Shown here: piece by piece, positions 27,795-40,329 of the stretch
How the letters are laid out: each line of letters starts with the position of its first letter
Numbering within the stretch: position 1 is the stretch's first letter
Source: an uncultured delta proteobacterium
Lineage (GTDB): Bacteria; Desulfobacterota; Desulfobacteria; Desulfobacterales; JAFDCJ01
Length of the DNA stretch: 64,000 nt
Assembly (NCBI GenBank): GCA_963769935.1
Contig: CAVYNY010000020.1
Coordinates: forward strand, 448,001-512,000
Direction of reading: 5' to 3'
The notes under the pieces: generated by a model
Seen by the model: only the letters and a program-made list of their open reading frames with translations
The model's database searches: none
Told to the model about the DNA's origin: nothing
Position numbers and translations under genes: made by a program

Positions 27795-28604
27795 CTATTT
27801 CAAGTATATGACCGGCCCGGAGGTGTACTGGTCCGCCACTGTCAGCCGGGCGCTGCAGCGGGTGAGGGCCTGGGAGACTTCTTCGAGTGCTTTATAGGGC
27901 GTGTTGTTGATTTCACTGAGATGGGCCAGGATGACGTGCTGCAGCTTCTCATGCTGCAATTCATGGAGCAGTTTTCTGGAGTCGGAGTTGGAAAGATGCC
28001 CGGTCCGGCTTTGAATGCGCTGTTTCAGCGGCCAGGGGTAGGGTCCGGTCTCCAGCATTTGCGGATCGTGATTGGCCTCGAGAATCAGCAGCGCACAATG
28101 TTTTAAATGCTCCTTTACCATGGCGGTTGCGATTCCCATGTCGGTTGCGATGGCCATTCGGGTTCCGTTGCTGCCGACGGTAAAGCCGGCCGGGTCCTCG
28201 GCATCGTGCGATATTGAAAACGGATGGATGGCAAGATCGCGGATGTTGAAGGTGGTTCCGCATTCAAACGGCCTGATTTCATGCGGCCTGCCGATTTCAG
28301 CCGCGGCGCTGTGCGTGTGCTGATTTATGTAGACCGGCAGTTTATAGCGCCGGGAAAGGATGCCAACCCCCCTGGTGTGATCGCTGTGCTCATGGGAGAC
28401 GATAATGGCATTCAGCTTTGCCGGATCCAGCCCCCGGGAGGTCAACCGGCGCTGAATCTCCTTGCCGGACAGCCCGGCGTCGATCAGGATGGATGTGTGA
28501 CCGTTGCTGATATAAGTCGCATTGCCCTTGCTGCCGCTGGCCAGGGTGCAGACGGACAGGGAATATTCCTGGGGTTCGTCATGTTTTGGAGTATCAGAGT
28601 TCAT
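27795..28604 (-). CDS. Metallo-beta-lactamase-fold hydrolase (YycJ/PhnP-like)
   Basis: LASGSKGN, IDAG, SHEHSDH, SHDA, TD.G, EANHD, GHLSN, HLSE.NN. Confidence 0.92.
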   Translation of the reverse strand: MNSDTPKHDEPQEYSLSVCTLASGSKGNATYISNGHTSILIDAGLSGKEIQRRLTSRGLDPAKLNAIIVSHEHSDHTRGVGILSRRYKLPVYINQHTHSAAAEIGRPHEIRPFECGTTFNIRDLAIHPFSISHDAEDPAGFTVGSNGTRMAIATDMGIATAMVKEHLKHCALLILEANHDPQMLETGPYPWPLKQRIQSRTGHLSNSDSRKLLHELQHEKLQHVILAHLSEINNTPYKALEEVSQALTRCSARLTVADQYTSGPVIYLK

Positions 28605-28655
28605 CAGTCCTGTTTTATGATTTATGATTGGGACAATTTTTATTAGGATTTAATT

Positions 28656-28834
28656 TTCACCGCAAGGACAATCCGTCTGAAAAGCAGGAAATTGGCTGCG
28701 CGTGGCGGAAGGAAACAAAACACAATAACAATTGCCCGAAGGGCTTGGGTTTATTTCTTTTCGGCCTCTCACCGAAAAGAAATAAGAAAAATACCCACTG
28801 CGCCCTTTGCGTCTTGAGCGAAGCGGGCGGTGAA
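28656..28834. mobile_element. MITE-like miniature element
   Basis: 8-bp TIR TTCACCGC/GCGGTGAA, internal hairpin TTATTTCTTTTCGG/CCGAAAAGAAATAA, GAGCGAAGCGGG end motif. Confidence 0.55.
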
Positions 28835-29011
28835 TCCATTTTTAAAGGTCGTTATAAATAACGCAAATAACAAATTATTGAAAGCTTAAACTTAGTGTTG
28901 TTGACTGATATATTATTCAACGTTATTAAACTAATACATTTTAATTATTTGTTAAATACCAAAAAGCGGTCAGATAAAAATAATAAAAATCTAAAGTAGA
29001 GACTCCTGACA

Positions 29012-29476
29012 ATGAATACTCTTGAAATTGAAACAAAAGCCGTGAACCCTCTGATTGGAGACACAATTCCGCTTCCCGCCTATGCGACTGAAGGATCGGC
29101 TGCCATTGATTTGAGAGCCTGCATAGCGGATGAGATCGAGATTCAGCCCGGAGAAACAGCATTGATCGGCAGCGGAATTGCGGTTAATATAAAAGATCCG
29201 AATATCGTCGGTATTATCGCACCGCGTTCGGGTTTGGGGATAAAGAAGGGGGTTGTGCTGGCCAATACGATCGGCGTTATCGATTCCGATTACCAGGGTG
29301 AAATTAAGATCGGACTTTTTAACCGGGGGAAAGCCACCTATATTGTAAAGCCCGGTGAACGCATATGCCAAATGCTGTTTATACCTGTAATTAAGGCTGT
29401 CCTGAATTTAGTTCAGGATTTCAGCAATGAAACAGCTCGGGGGCAAGGGGGTTTCGGCCATAGCGGGAAAATTTAA
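29012..29476 (+). CDS. dut: dUTP diphosphatase
   Basis: GSAAIDL, PRSGLG, GVIDSDYQGE, GERICQ, RG.GGFGHSG. Confidence 0.96.
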   Translation: MNTLEIETKAVNPLIGDTIPLPAYATEGSAAIDLRACIADEIEIQPGETALIGSGIAVNIKDPNIVGIIAPRSGLGIKKGVVLANTIGVIDSDYQGEIKIGLFNRGKATYIVKPGERICQMLFIPVIKAVLNLVQDFSNETARGQGGFGHSGKI

Positions 29477-29512
29477 GTGGGGATCGGCAGACAGTTAGGG
29501 CCTAAAGAGAGG

Positions 29513-29542
29513 GCGGCGTTTCAGACTGTGTTGAAACGCCGC
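29513..29542. terminator. Hairpin between convergent dut and katG
   Basis: GCGGCGTTTCA-8nt-TGAAACGCCGC. Confidence 0.5.
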
Positions 29543-29673
29543 GCTCATATGTTGCTGACAGCCTCCGTGAGCATTCAAACCATCCGTCCGTTCGTGGCGG
29601 TTGTCGCTTCCTGATCATCCGATTTGCAGTTCAGAATACGCTTCGGAAGCCCACGAAGATCTTTATGCTGCGA

Positions 29674-31896
<2,223 letters not shown>

Positions 31897-31976
31897 TTAT
31901 GCACCGTGGTGCTATCAACATAAGGCACCGGTGCCCATCTATCTAATTAATTTTATCGAAATAAAAAATATTATAG

Positions 31977-31992
31977 GAGAATGACTATCAAT
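31977..31992. promoter_or_regulatory. Fur/PerR-box-like site upstream of katG
   Basis: GAGAATGACTATCAAT resembles the Fur-family consensus. Confidence 0.4.
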
Positions 31993-32010
31993 CAATGGCA
32001 AAAAAATATA

Positions 32011-32454
32011 TTAAACTTTCTCTGCCTTACAATCGCTGCATAAACCGAAAAAGTCCAACCTATGACTCAGAATTTTAAAATTAGTCTCTAATGCGACCTC
32101 TTTTTTCATTTCATCCAGGCTTTCCAGGTCCGGGTCGACAATTTTTTTACACTTGATACAAATGACGTGTGGATGGGGGGTCGGCTTGTTTCCATCATAG
32201 CGGTTGCTCCAATCCGGGAACCCTAACTCAAGAACTTCACCAAGCGACTTAATTAATAGAATATTTCTGTACACAGTGGCCAGACTCATTGTCGGAAAGT
32301 CTTTTTTTATCTGGACATGGATATTTTCAACACTGGGATGGCCTTCACTTTTGGCAAGGATTTTAACGATAGCCAGCCGCTGAGGTGTTAGCTTGTGGCC
32401 ATTATCCCTTAATTTTTGGATGATGATTTCAAATCTATTTTTATGATCTGTCAA
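32011..32454 (-). CDS. perR: Fur-family regulator, PerR-like
   Basis: TPQR, HPS, SLATVYR, RYD, H.H.IC..C, C..C; directly upstream of katG. Confidence 0.75.
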   Translation of the reverse strand: MTDHKNRFEIIIQKLRDNGHKLTPQRLAIVKILAKSEGHPSVENIHVQIKKDFPTMSLATVYRNILLIKSLGEVLELGFPDWSNRYDGNKPTPHPHVICIKCKKIVDPDLESLDEMKKEVALETNFKILSHRLDFFGLCSDCKAEKV

Positions 32455-32470
32455 CTGAAGCCTCTTTATC

Positions 32471-32491
32471 TTAAATAATAATTATTCTCAA
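32471..32491. promoter_or_regulatory. Fur/Per box upstream of perR (autoregulation)
   Basis: TTAAATAATAATTATTCTCAA, near-palindromic. Confidence 0.5.
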
Positions 32492-32886
32492 TTAACATTA
32501 ATTTCCTTTTCAGTCAACGCCTATTTCAATCGTTCATATATGATAACTTCATTGGATAATTTGTATCAATTTTAATCTGTTCAATTTAGCCAGAGCCTTG
32601 GCTTATTTCCAAACAGCATAGAGGACGTTGGGGACCACTATAAAATTGAAACTTTCGGGGGAAAAAATAATTAAGGAATCCCATGATAAAGATTGAAATT
32701 TTGGCCAAATCCTCTTCCTTTGTGTATCGTTACTGAAGCAGCCATTTTTTTTAGCAACCTGATTCCTATCTTAAGAAAACAATATTTCCCAAAATATGAA
32801 AAGCTTGGTATGAGAACAAAATCTTTAAGACTTTTTAGCCTTCAAAAATATTGCTGATTGAGACTTAACCAACCAGGGAGGGGGAG

Positions 32887-33639
32887 ATGTCCATGGATTT
32901 TTCCGGTAAGGTGGCAATTATTACCGGCGTTGCCGGCGGAATTGGACTTGCTATAGCTACAATGCTCGGAGAGCAGGGAGCAACCGTAATAGGGTGTGAT
33001 TTTCAGGAAGAAAAGCTGGAACAAGCCCAAAAAGAGCTGCAAACGAGGAATATTGAAATAGTGGTAGTCAAAGCCGATATCGAAAATATCAATGAAATTA
33101 AAAAACTTTTTTCAAAGGCAAAAAAGGATTTTAAACGAATTGACATTTTGGTTCAGACCGCAGGCGTCTGTTACAGCTCTGCGGTGCCTGAAATTACTCC
33201 TGAGGAATGGGATTACGTTTGCGCTGTAAATCTTAAATCGGTTTTCTTTGCCGCCCAGGAGGCACTCAAGTATATGTGCCCGCAAAAGTATGGAAAAATA
33301 ATCAATATTTCATCAGTTGCAGGAAAAAGCGGTGGTGTTGCGGTAGGTGCCCATTATGCGGCGACAAAGGCCGCTGTGATATGTCTTACCAAGTCCCTTG
33401 CGCTCTATGCAGCTCCCTTTGGTGTCAATATCAACTGCGTTTGTCCAGGCCCGATTAAGACCCCGATGACCGATGTCTGGGGTGAAACAATCAATAAATC
33501 ATTTGCGGAAAAGATTCCTTTCAAACGTTACGGTACGCCCCAAGAGGTTGCAGAAGCCATTTGCTTTCTCGCCTCAGATCGGGCCCGGTATATTACCGGT
33601 GAAACCATGGATGTGAACGGCGGTCTGGTAATGGATTGA
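32887..33639 (+). CDS. Short-chain dehydrogenase/reductase (FabG-like)
   Basis: TG..GGIG, NISS, YAATK, PG.I.T, VNGG. Confidence 0.9.
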   Translation: MSMDFSGKVAIITGVAGGIGLAIATMLGEQGATVIGCDFQEEKLEQAQKELQTRNIEIVVVKADIENINEIKKLFSKAKKDFKRIDILVQTAGVCYSSAVPEITPEEWDYVCAVNLKSVFFAAQEALKYMCPQKYGKIINISSVAGKSGGVAVGAHYAATKAAVICLTKSLALYAAPFGVNINCVCPGPIKTPMTDVWGETINKSFAEKIPFKRYGTPQEVAEAICFLASDRARYITGETMDVNGGLVMD

Positions 33640-33653
33640 ATGCTTTTCTTTAC

Positions 33654-33688
33654 TTTAATTCGTGCTTATTCGTGTCAATTCGTGGCTA
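33654..33688. repeat. Three 9-bp tandem repeats
   Basis: ATTCGTG core repeated three times at 9-bp period. Confidence 0.6.
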
Positions 33689-33731
33689 ACTGAGATTCTT
33701 AAGAGGCTAAGATCATACCTTCCGGCTTTTC

Positions 33732-35000
33732 TTACTTAAACAGGATTTCTTCAAACGCCTGCTGATCGTCCTCGACCGGACCCAGCAACGTCAGCGCCAT
33801 CTGGTCGCGGTTGAAAAGCTCGTTGGCCGTATTCAGGAGGTCGTCCGCGGTAACCGCTTCGATTTTATCGATGATTGTTTCCAGGTCAATGTCATTTTCA
33901 TAGTGAATTTCGTTTTGGGCACAGCGCACCATCTGATTGTCGGCACTTTCGGAGGCCAGCAATAAACTTCCCTTGGTGTATTCCTTGGCGCCTTTGAGCT
34001 CGGAGGAATCGACCGGTTCCTGTTTTATGCGGTCGATTTCATCCAGCACAGGAAAGATAGATTCCCGGGCACGTTTAGGATCAACGCCCATGTAAAAGCC
34101 GAACATGCCGGTGTCCACATGGGAAGAGACAAAGGAATACACCGAGTAGGCAAGCCCCCGGCGTTCCCGCACCTCCTGAAACAGCCTTGAGCTCATATTG
34201 CCCCCCAGAACGGTATTGAGTAGGGAGCAGGCATAACGGCGCGGGTCGGTGATGGATATGCCCGGGGCGTTGAGGCAAATGTGCATCTGCTCCAGGTTGC
34301 GGTGGTTGAGGGCCACCACCGACATTCCCCGGGGCATTATGCGCTGCGGAAAGCCGTTCCGGGGCGGGATAGTCTCAAATACCGGAGCCACCAGATTCAC
34401 CAGACGCCGGTGGTCGATATTGCCGGCGGCTGCAATTACAATGCGGTCGGGTTGATACAGGCGGTGGAAAAAATTTTTGATGGTTTGGGCATCGAAACGC
34501 ACGATATTTTCCGGCGGGCCGAGAATCGATCGGCCCAGGGGATTTTCCCCCCAGAAATTCTGATTTGACAGCACATGGATGTATTCCTCCGGGCTGTCTT
34601 CGACCATGCCGATTTCCTGCAGGATCACCGGGCGTTCCTTGTCGATCTCGACCGGATCAAAAACCGAGTTGACAAAAATATCGGCCAGAATATCGACCAG
34701 GGTCTCCGTTTGGCTGTCGATCACCCTGGCATAGTAGCAGGTGTTTTCCATGGTCGTAAAGGCATTGGTGTGCCCGCCGATGGCATCGAATTCTTTGGCT
34801 ATCTGAAAAGCGGTGCGTTTAAGAGTGCCTTTAAAAATCATGTGTTCGATGAAATGGGAGAGTCCGCATTCCAACGCGGATTCATCCCGGGCCCCCACAT
34901 TGACCCAAACCCCAATGGAAACCGAACGGGAGTAGGGCATGTTCCGGGTAACAATCCGGACACCGTTTTCAAGGGTGGTTTTAACTACGGGTCCGTCCAT
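33732..35000 (-). CDS. M16 family zinc peptidase
   Basis: [34 protein letters not shown]; usual position after pnp. Confidence 0.93.
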   Translation of the reverse strand: MDGPVVKTTLENGVRIVTRNMPYSRSVSIGVWVNVGARDESALECGLSHFIEHMIFKGTLKRTAFQIAKEFDAIGGHTNAFTTMENTCYYARVIDSQTETLVDILADIFVNSVFDPVEIDKERPVILQEIGMVEDSPEEYIHVLSNQNFWGENPLGRSILGPPENIVRFDAQTIKNFFHRLYQPDRIVIAAAGNIDHRRLVNLVAPVFETIPPRNGFPQRIMPRGMSVVALNHRNLEQMHICLNAPGISITDPRRYACSLLNTVLGGNMSSRLFQEVRERRGLAYSVYSFVSSHVDTGMFGFYMGVDPKRARESIFPVLDEIDRIKQEPVDSSELKGAKEYTKGSLLLASESADNQMVRCAQNEIHYENDIDLETIIDKIEAVTADDLLNTANELFNRDQMALTLLGPVEDDQQAFEEILFK

Positions 35001-37080
35001 CGCCCTCTTCCAAAACTGCCTTGTGGCTCAACCGAATTTTGCCGTCCCGGCTGATTTCCAGCACCTTTACCTTGATTTTGTCGCCTTCCTTGACAATATC
35101 GGTTACTTTGGTCACCCGGTGGTTGGCCAGCTGCGAGATGTGCACCAGACCGTCCGTGCCGGGCATGATCTGAACAAAAGCGCCGAAATCCGTAATTTTT
35201 ACAACCGTGCCTTCGTAAATCGCACCGACTTCCGGCTCGCGGGTCAGGTTTTCAATCATCTTAACGGCCGCGTCACATTCCTCTTTTGAGAAAGCGGCAA
35301 TTTTAACCGCACCGGAGTCTTCAATTTCAATGGTGGTGCCGGTTTCGCTCTGGATGCCGCGAATAACTTTCCCGCCGGGGCCGATGACTTCGCGGATTTT
35401 ATCAGGATGGATCTGGATGGTGCTGATGGTCGGTGCGTAGGGTGAAATTTCATGCCGCGGCTCTTTAATGGCTTCTTCCATTTTATCGAGGATATGCAGA
35501 CGACCGGTTCTGGCCTGGGCCAGGGCCTTTTCCAAGATGTCTCTGGAGAGTTCATGGATTTTGATGTCCATCTGAAGCGCCGTGATTCCTTCCCGGGTGC
35601 CGGCCACCTTAAAGTCCATATCGCCGGTGTGATCTTCATCACCCAGAATGTCGGAAAGGATCACAATCTGATCGCCTTCCTTGACCAGGCCCATGGCAAT
35701 GCCGGCCACCGGCGCCTTGATGGGCACGCCGCCGTCCATCAGTGCCATACAACAGGCGCAGACGGTTCCCATGGAGGAAGATCCGTTGGATTCAAGGACC
35801 TCGGACACCAGCCGAATGGTGTAGTCAAAGTCTTCTTTGTTGGGCAGAATTTTTTCAATAGCCCGGGTGGACAATCCGCCGTGGCCGATATCCCGCCGGC
35901 TGGGGCCTCCGATGCGTTTTACCTCACCAACGGAATAGGGCGGAAAGTTGTAATGCAGCATAAACGGACGAAATTCTTCGCCGCTCAAAGTTTCCACGCG
36001 CTGTTCGTCCTGTCCGGAGCCCAGGGTCAGCACACCCAGCACCTGGGTTTCACCCCGGGTAAAAAGGGCGCTGCCGTGGGGACGGGGCAGAATGCCGACT
36101 TCACAGGAAATCGGCCGGATCATGTCAAACCGGCGGCCGTCGATACGGCGGCCCTCTTTCAGGATGAGATCGCGCGAGATTTGCTTCTGTAAATCGCTTA
36201 ATATTTCGTAGGCTTCCTCCGTTTGATCGGCATAGTCTTCACCTAATTTTTCAACCAGCTGCATCTTGACAGCGCGCAACGCTTCGTAGCGCTTTATCTT
36301 GTCGGGAATTGCGATTGCCTCCCGGATAAGCGGGCGGGCTTCTGCTGCCAGCAAATTGACAAGATTCTCCGGTCTGGCCGGCGGCTCAAATGCCTGTTTT
36401 TCCGCACCGTTGGTCTCGCGCAGTTTCAGCTGCAGGTCAATCAGGGGCTGCAGGGACAGGTGGCCGAAAAATATGGCTTCCAGCATGTCGGCCTCGCTGA
36501 CCAGATTTCCGCCGCCTTCCACCATTACCACACCCGTCTTGGAGCCGGCCACGATTATACTGATATCGCTTTTACCCCAATCCGCCAGGGGCGGATTGAT
36601 TTTCAGCCGGCCGTCGATGCGTCCGACCCGCACGCTTGCAATGGGACCGGCAAAGGGGATATCTGAAATCGTAAGGGCGGCCGAAGCCCCCAGCATGGCC
36701 AATGTGTCCGGATCGTTTTCCTGATCCATCGACAGTACGGTGGCGATTACCTGGGTCTCCCGGCGATAGTCTTTCGGAAACAGCGGGCGGATGGGCCGAT
36801 CAATCAAGCGGGCCGTCAGGGTTTCCTTTTCACTGGGACGGCCGATCTCGCGTCTAAAATAATTGCCCGGTATGCGGCCGGCGGCATAGATTTTTTCCTG
36901 ATATTCGACGGAAAGCGGCAAGAAATTCGACGACTTCTCTTCTTTCGCCGACACCACGGTAACCAGCACGATGGTATCGCCGTACTGGACCACTACCGAA
37001 CCGGATGCCTGTTTGGCAACCTTGCCGGCCTGAATGCTGAGGGTTTTCCCATCGATTTCTTCTTTTAACAAAATTTCCAT
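34981..37080 (-). CDS. pnp: Polyribonucleotide nucleotidyltransferase
   Basis: [43 protein letters not shown] and S1 domains; start re-placed at ATG 37080 (GAGGAG RBS). Confidence 0.97.
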   Translation of the reverse strand: MEILLKEEIDGKTLSIQAGKVAKQASGSVVVQYGDTIVLVTVVSAKEEKSSNFLPLSVEYQEKIYAAGRIPGNYFRREIGRPSEKETLTARLIDRPIRPLFPKDYRRETQVIATVLSMDQENDPDTLAMLGASAALTISDIPFAGPIASVRVGRIDGRLKINPPLADWGKSDISIIVAGSKTGVVMVEGGGNLVSEADMLEAIFFGHLSLQPLIDLQLKLRETNGAEKQAFEPPARPENLVNLLAAEARPLIREAIAIPDKIKRYEALRAVKMQLVEKLGEDYADQTEEAYEILSDLQKQISRDLILKEGRRIDGRRFDMIRPISCEVGILPRPHGSALFTRGETQVLGVLTLGSGQDEQRVETLSGEEFRPFMLHYNFPPYSVGEVKRIGGPSRRDIGHGGLSTRAIEKILPNKEDFDYTIRLVSEVLESNGSSSMGTVCACCMALMDGGVPIKAPVAGIAMGLVKEGDQIVILSDILGDEDHTGDMDFKVAGTREGITALQMDIKIHELSRDILEKALAQARTGRLHILDKMEEAIKEPRHEISPYAPTISTIQIHPDKIREVIGPGGKVIRGIQSETGTTIEIEDSGAVKIAAFSKEECDAAVKMIENLTREPEVGAIYEGTVVKITDFGAFVQIMPGTDGLVHISQLANHRVTKVTDIVKEGDKIKVKVLEISRDGKIRLSHKAVLEEGDGRTRS

Positions 37081-37145
37081 TTTTTTCTCCTCACTCTGAG
37101 TGACGCCGGATCGGATTGGGCCGGGCATTTGAAAAGGATTGCCTT

Positions 37146-37317
37146 CATGCCCAGACATTGCCACACAGCCTGCCGACGCATATCCGGCGCTTAAATGCGC
37201 CGGCTCCTGCCAGCAACGTAAAGTGGCGGAGATTGGCACCCGCTGAGTGCGCAAGAATATCGGGTGATGATGCAGTCTGTGCCGGCGTAAAATTTTCTGT
37301 GGTGTGGATGGGCATAC
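37146..37317 (-). promoter_or_regulatory. Long stem-loop in the rpsO-pnp leader
   Basis: ATGCCCA...CCACAG...GCCGGC pairs with GTCGGC..CTGTGTGG...TGGGCAT on the minus strand. Confidence 0.5.
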
Positions 37318-37338
37318 AGGTTCGTTGGGGCCTGCTGT

Positions 37339-37608
37339 TTACCTTTTCAAACCCAGGGTTTCAATAATTGTCCGGTAACGGTTGACATCTTTGAACTTTA
37401 CATAGTTGAGCAGTCGTCGGCGTCTTCCGACCAGCATCAACAATCCTCTGCGGGAATGATGATCCTTCTTGTGAACTTTCAGATGTTCGGTAAGATAGGA
37501 GATTCGGTGGGTCAAAAGCCCAACCTGCACTTCCGGCGATCCCGTATCGGACTCGTGCAATTTAAATTTTTCGATCAGCTTCTTTTTATCTTCTGTTGTG
37601 AAAGCCAC
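37339..37608 (-). CDS. rpsO: 30S ribosomal protein S15
   Basis: [24 protein letters not shown] start with GGAGG. Confidence 0.98.
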   Translation of the reverse strand: MAFTTEDKKKLIEKFKLHESDTGSPEVQVGLLTHRISYLTEHLKVHKKDHHSRRGLLMLVGRRRRLLNYVKFKDVNRYRTIIETLGLKR

Positions 37609-37791
37609 TTTCTTTTTTGCCTCCTCTTGTTTATATCTGAATTTTTAGCACGTTGGTTCCAACTCCAACGTCCGGGCTTCCCTTCCAAGGATTGACTTAG
37701 CGCGGTGTTTGTTGTTTTAAAATTCAGGTTCAATTATTTTTTTATTTTAGCTTATATAATTTCAACAAAAACCGCAATGAATCTCCTAAAT

Positions 37792-38721
37792 TCAATTGTT
37801 CGGTTGGACGAACACGCAGCAGTAGTTCAGCTGATCACTCGCTGCGCGGTGCTCCACGATGGCAATCAGATCGCCTTTCCGATCAAGGATTTTTACAAAA
37901 GGGTCCTGGATACCGATGCCGGCGTGCGAATCGCCCAGGTCCTGCACGGTCAGGCTTTGGCCGTGTCGAATTTTTTCAACTAGCTGCTCAGCGGCATAGG
38001 ATTCGGACATTGCCGGCAAGGCATCCTTCATGCTGATCAGGCGCTGCGTCAGCTTTCGGCTCCGGGCCAGTTCTGCCAATTCGGACAGCGGCGTCGCCTG
38101 ATCCAGCGTATAACCGCTGCTTGCCACCCGTTTTAACCGATGCAGATGGCCGCCGCAACCCAGCGACCGGCCGATGTCGGCCGCCAGCGTGCGAATATAG
38201 GTTCCGGCCGAACACGCCACCTCAAAATGGATGAACGGCAGATCGATCTGCATGACGTTTATATCGTAAATATGGACGCTCCGGGGCGGCTTTTGAACCG
38301 GTTGGCCGCGGCGGGCCAGCCTGTAGAGCGGCACCCCTTTGTGCTTCAAGGCCGAATAAACCGGCGGCAGCTGCTCAACGGTTCCTTCAAACGATTTGAA
38401 TTCATTGCGTATGGTTTGCTGCGACAATCCAATCGGTTCTGAACCGGCAACAACGGTCCCGGTGAAATCCTGAGTGTCCGTCTCTTCGCCGAGTTTGAGG
38501 ACGGCAACATATTTTTTAGGGCCGTGCAACAGAAATCCGGCCAGCCGGGTAGCCTGATTTACACAGCATATCAGCACGCCCTCGGCGAATGGGTCCAGCG
38601 TGCCGGCGTGACCGACTTTGGCGGCGTTAAGCGTCTTTTTTACGGTTGCCACCACCCTGGCTGAGGTAATATCCGGTGGTTTATCAATGACGATAATGCC
38701 GTTTAATTTCCCGTCATCCAT
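37792..38721 (-). CDS. truB: tRNA pseudouridine(55) synthase
   Basis: KVGHAGTLDPFA.G, PP.YSALK..G, CS.GTYIRTL. Confidence 0.97.
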   Translation of the reverse strand: MDDGKLNGIIVIDKPPDITSARVVATVKKTLNAAKVGHAGTLDPFAEGVLICCVNQATRLAGFLLHGPKKYVAVLKLGEETDTQDFTGTVVAGSEPIGLSQQTIRNEFKSFEGTVEQLPPVYSALKHKGVPLYRLARRGQPVQKPPRSVHIYDINVMQIDLPFIHFEVACSAGTYIRTLAADIGRSLGCGGHLHRLKRVASSGYTLDQATPLSELAELARSRKLTQRLISMKDALPAMSESYAAEQLVEKIRHGQSLTVQDLGDSHAGIGIQDPFVKILDRKGDLIAIVEHRAASDQLNYCCVFVQPNN

Positions 38722-39692
38722 TACAGATTATTGGCCAGGGTAATAATATCCGATTTTAATTTCAGCAGGGTCGTTTCGGCCTGAAAGCCGGCTGCACTGG
38801 GATGGCCGCCCCCGCCGAAAGCACCGGCAATGGCCGCAACATTTACAGATCCGTCCGAGCGCAGGCTCACATGAAACCGGCGCCGGCTGTCGGATCTGGG
38901 TTTACCGTTTCTTTGTTCCTGGATCAGAGCGGCCACTTTGACGTCTTCGATCCGTCTGGCATAGTTTATCATTCCGTCGACATCTTCGGGCTGGGTCTTT
39001 GTATATTCAAACATGCCATTGGTGATGGTCATGATCGACAGTTTACCGTTTTGTGAAATTTCAAGGGAATCCAGCGCCAGGTTTAAAAGTTTGATGCGGC
39101 CCAGCGAATAGGTTCCAAATACATGCTGAGCGACACTGTACGGTTCAACCCCCAGAGCGGTCATCTTTTGGCTGATGGCAAAGGCAGCCTGATTGGTGTT
39201 GGAAAAGCGGAACGATCCCGTGTCGGTTAAAATACCGGTATAAATGGACGTTGCCATGGCTTTATCAATCGGCGCTTCCAGGCCGGTTATCAATCGGTAG
39301 ACAATTTCGGCCGTCGAGCAGGCCTGCGCATCAACGAGCTGCATACAGCCAAAGCCGGTATTTGAAATATGGTGATCAATGTTGATGATGACCGGTATCT
39401 GACTGACGATGGCACTGGCCTGGCCGATGCGCGACAGGTCGCCGCAATCAAGGATGAGCGCCACATCATACGCTTTGACATTTTTGATATCGGTGACGAT
39501 ACGCTCCACTGATGGCAAAAAGCGATAAACCGCCGGAATCGGACTGGCGTTGTACAGGGTTGTTTTTTTGTCAAGCTTACTTAACGCCAACCCCAAGGCC
39601 AGCAAAGAGCTGACGGCGTCTCCGTCCGGGTCTGAGTGTGAGGCCAGCAGAATATGCTGCGCAATTTTAATCTGATTGATTATCTGGTCCAT
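38721..39692 (-). CDS. nrnA: DHH family bifunctional oligoribonuclease/pAp phosphatase
   Basis: H..PDGDA, IDHH, TDTGSF, SLRS, GGGGH..AAG. Confidence 0.9.
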   Translation of the reverse strand: MDQIINQIKIAQHILLASHSDPDGDAVSSLLALGLALSKLDKKTTLYNASPIPAVYRFLPSVERIVTDIKNVKAYDVALILDCGDLSRIGQASAIVSQIPVIINIDHHISNTGFGCMQLVDAQACSTAEIVYRLITGLEAPIDKAMATSIYTGILTDTGSFRFSNTNQAAFAISQKMTALGVEPYSVAQHVFGTYSLGRIKLLNLALDSLEISQNGKLSIMTITNGMFEYTKTQPEDVDGMINYARRIEDVKVAALIQEQRNGKPRSDSRRRFHVSLRSDGSVNVAAIAGAFGGGGHPSAAGFQAETTLLKLKSDIITLANNL

Positions 39693-40038
39693 CGTCGGTG
39701 GCAATTTTCTTGAGCAATTGTTCTATATGTAAACTGTAATCAAAGGATTCATCATAAAAAAATTTCAAATCCGGCATATATCGCAGACCGAGCCTGCGGG
39801 CAAGACTTCTTTTAATAAATCCGCGCGCACTTTCAAACCCCATCGCGGCCGCCTCCGATTTGTCGCTGCCGCCGTATATTGAAAAGTAAATCCGGGCCAG
39901 TTTCAAATCGGGCGACATTTTAACCATAGTGACGGTTGTCATTGCCAGACGGGGGTCGTGGATATCTTTTTTCAGCAAATCCGACAGGACTTCCTGAATT
40001 AGAGCGCTGACCCTGTCAGCTCGGGAAAAGGGTATCAT
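39667..40038 (-). CDS. rbfA: Ribosome-binding factor A
   Basis: R..RV, DPRL, SPDL..A, LRY.P.L.F.YD.S. Confidence 0.96.
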   Translation of the reverse strand: MIPFSRADRVSALIQEVLSDLLKKDIHDPRLAMTTVTMVKMSPDLKLARIYFSIYGGSDKSEAAAMGFESARGFIKRSLARRLGLRYMPDLKFFYDESFDYSLHIEQLLKKIATDDGPDNQSD

Positions 40039-40323
40039 AAATGTATTATTTCCATTTCCGTATCGATAATTTCGGCCAGGCCCAAATCTTCGGCCATGTT
40101 GATAAGTTTGTCGATTTTTGAATTAATCAGGGCGGCATCGTTGCCGACGAAAGAAAATCCTATTTCCGCTTTCTGGTAAATATCGTTGGATCCTACCTCG
40201 GCTATCGATACATTAAAATTGTTGTGCAATCTAGTCGATCATAGATTTGACAACTTTACGCTTGCTTTTCAAAGAGCGGCAATCATGCAGCCTCAGGGTG
40301 ATGAGTCCGGTACCGACGACCAT
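40035..40323 (-). pseudogene. DUF503/YlxP family protein with a +1 frameshift near 40232
   Basis: MVVG...L.LHDCRSLKSKRKVVKSMI then shifted RLHNNFNVSIAEVG.ND; conserved position between infB and rbfA. Confidence 0.8.
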
Positions 40324-40329
40324 AATATT

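Larger units (their letters stand above)
20926..27839. mobile_element. AT-rich genomic island (signalling operon), no integrase inside
   Basis: Flanking direct repeat of a gene 3' end; visibly lower GC than flanks; single co-oriented operon. Confidence 0.7.

Noticed and set aside
37081..37254. N-terminal extensions in the ORF track (pnp, also ridA, pepD, second ABC gene)
   Set aside because: Downstream starts have RBS or coupling and match family N-termini; extensions cross structured non-coding DNA
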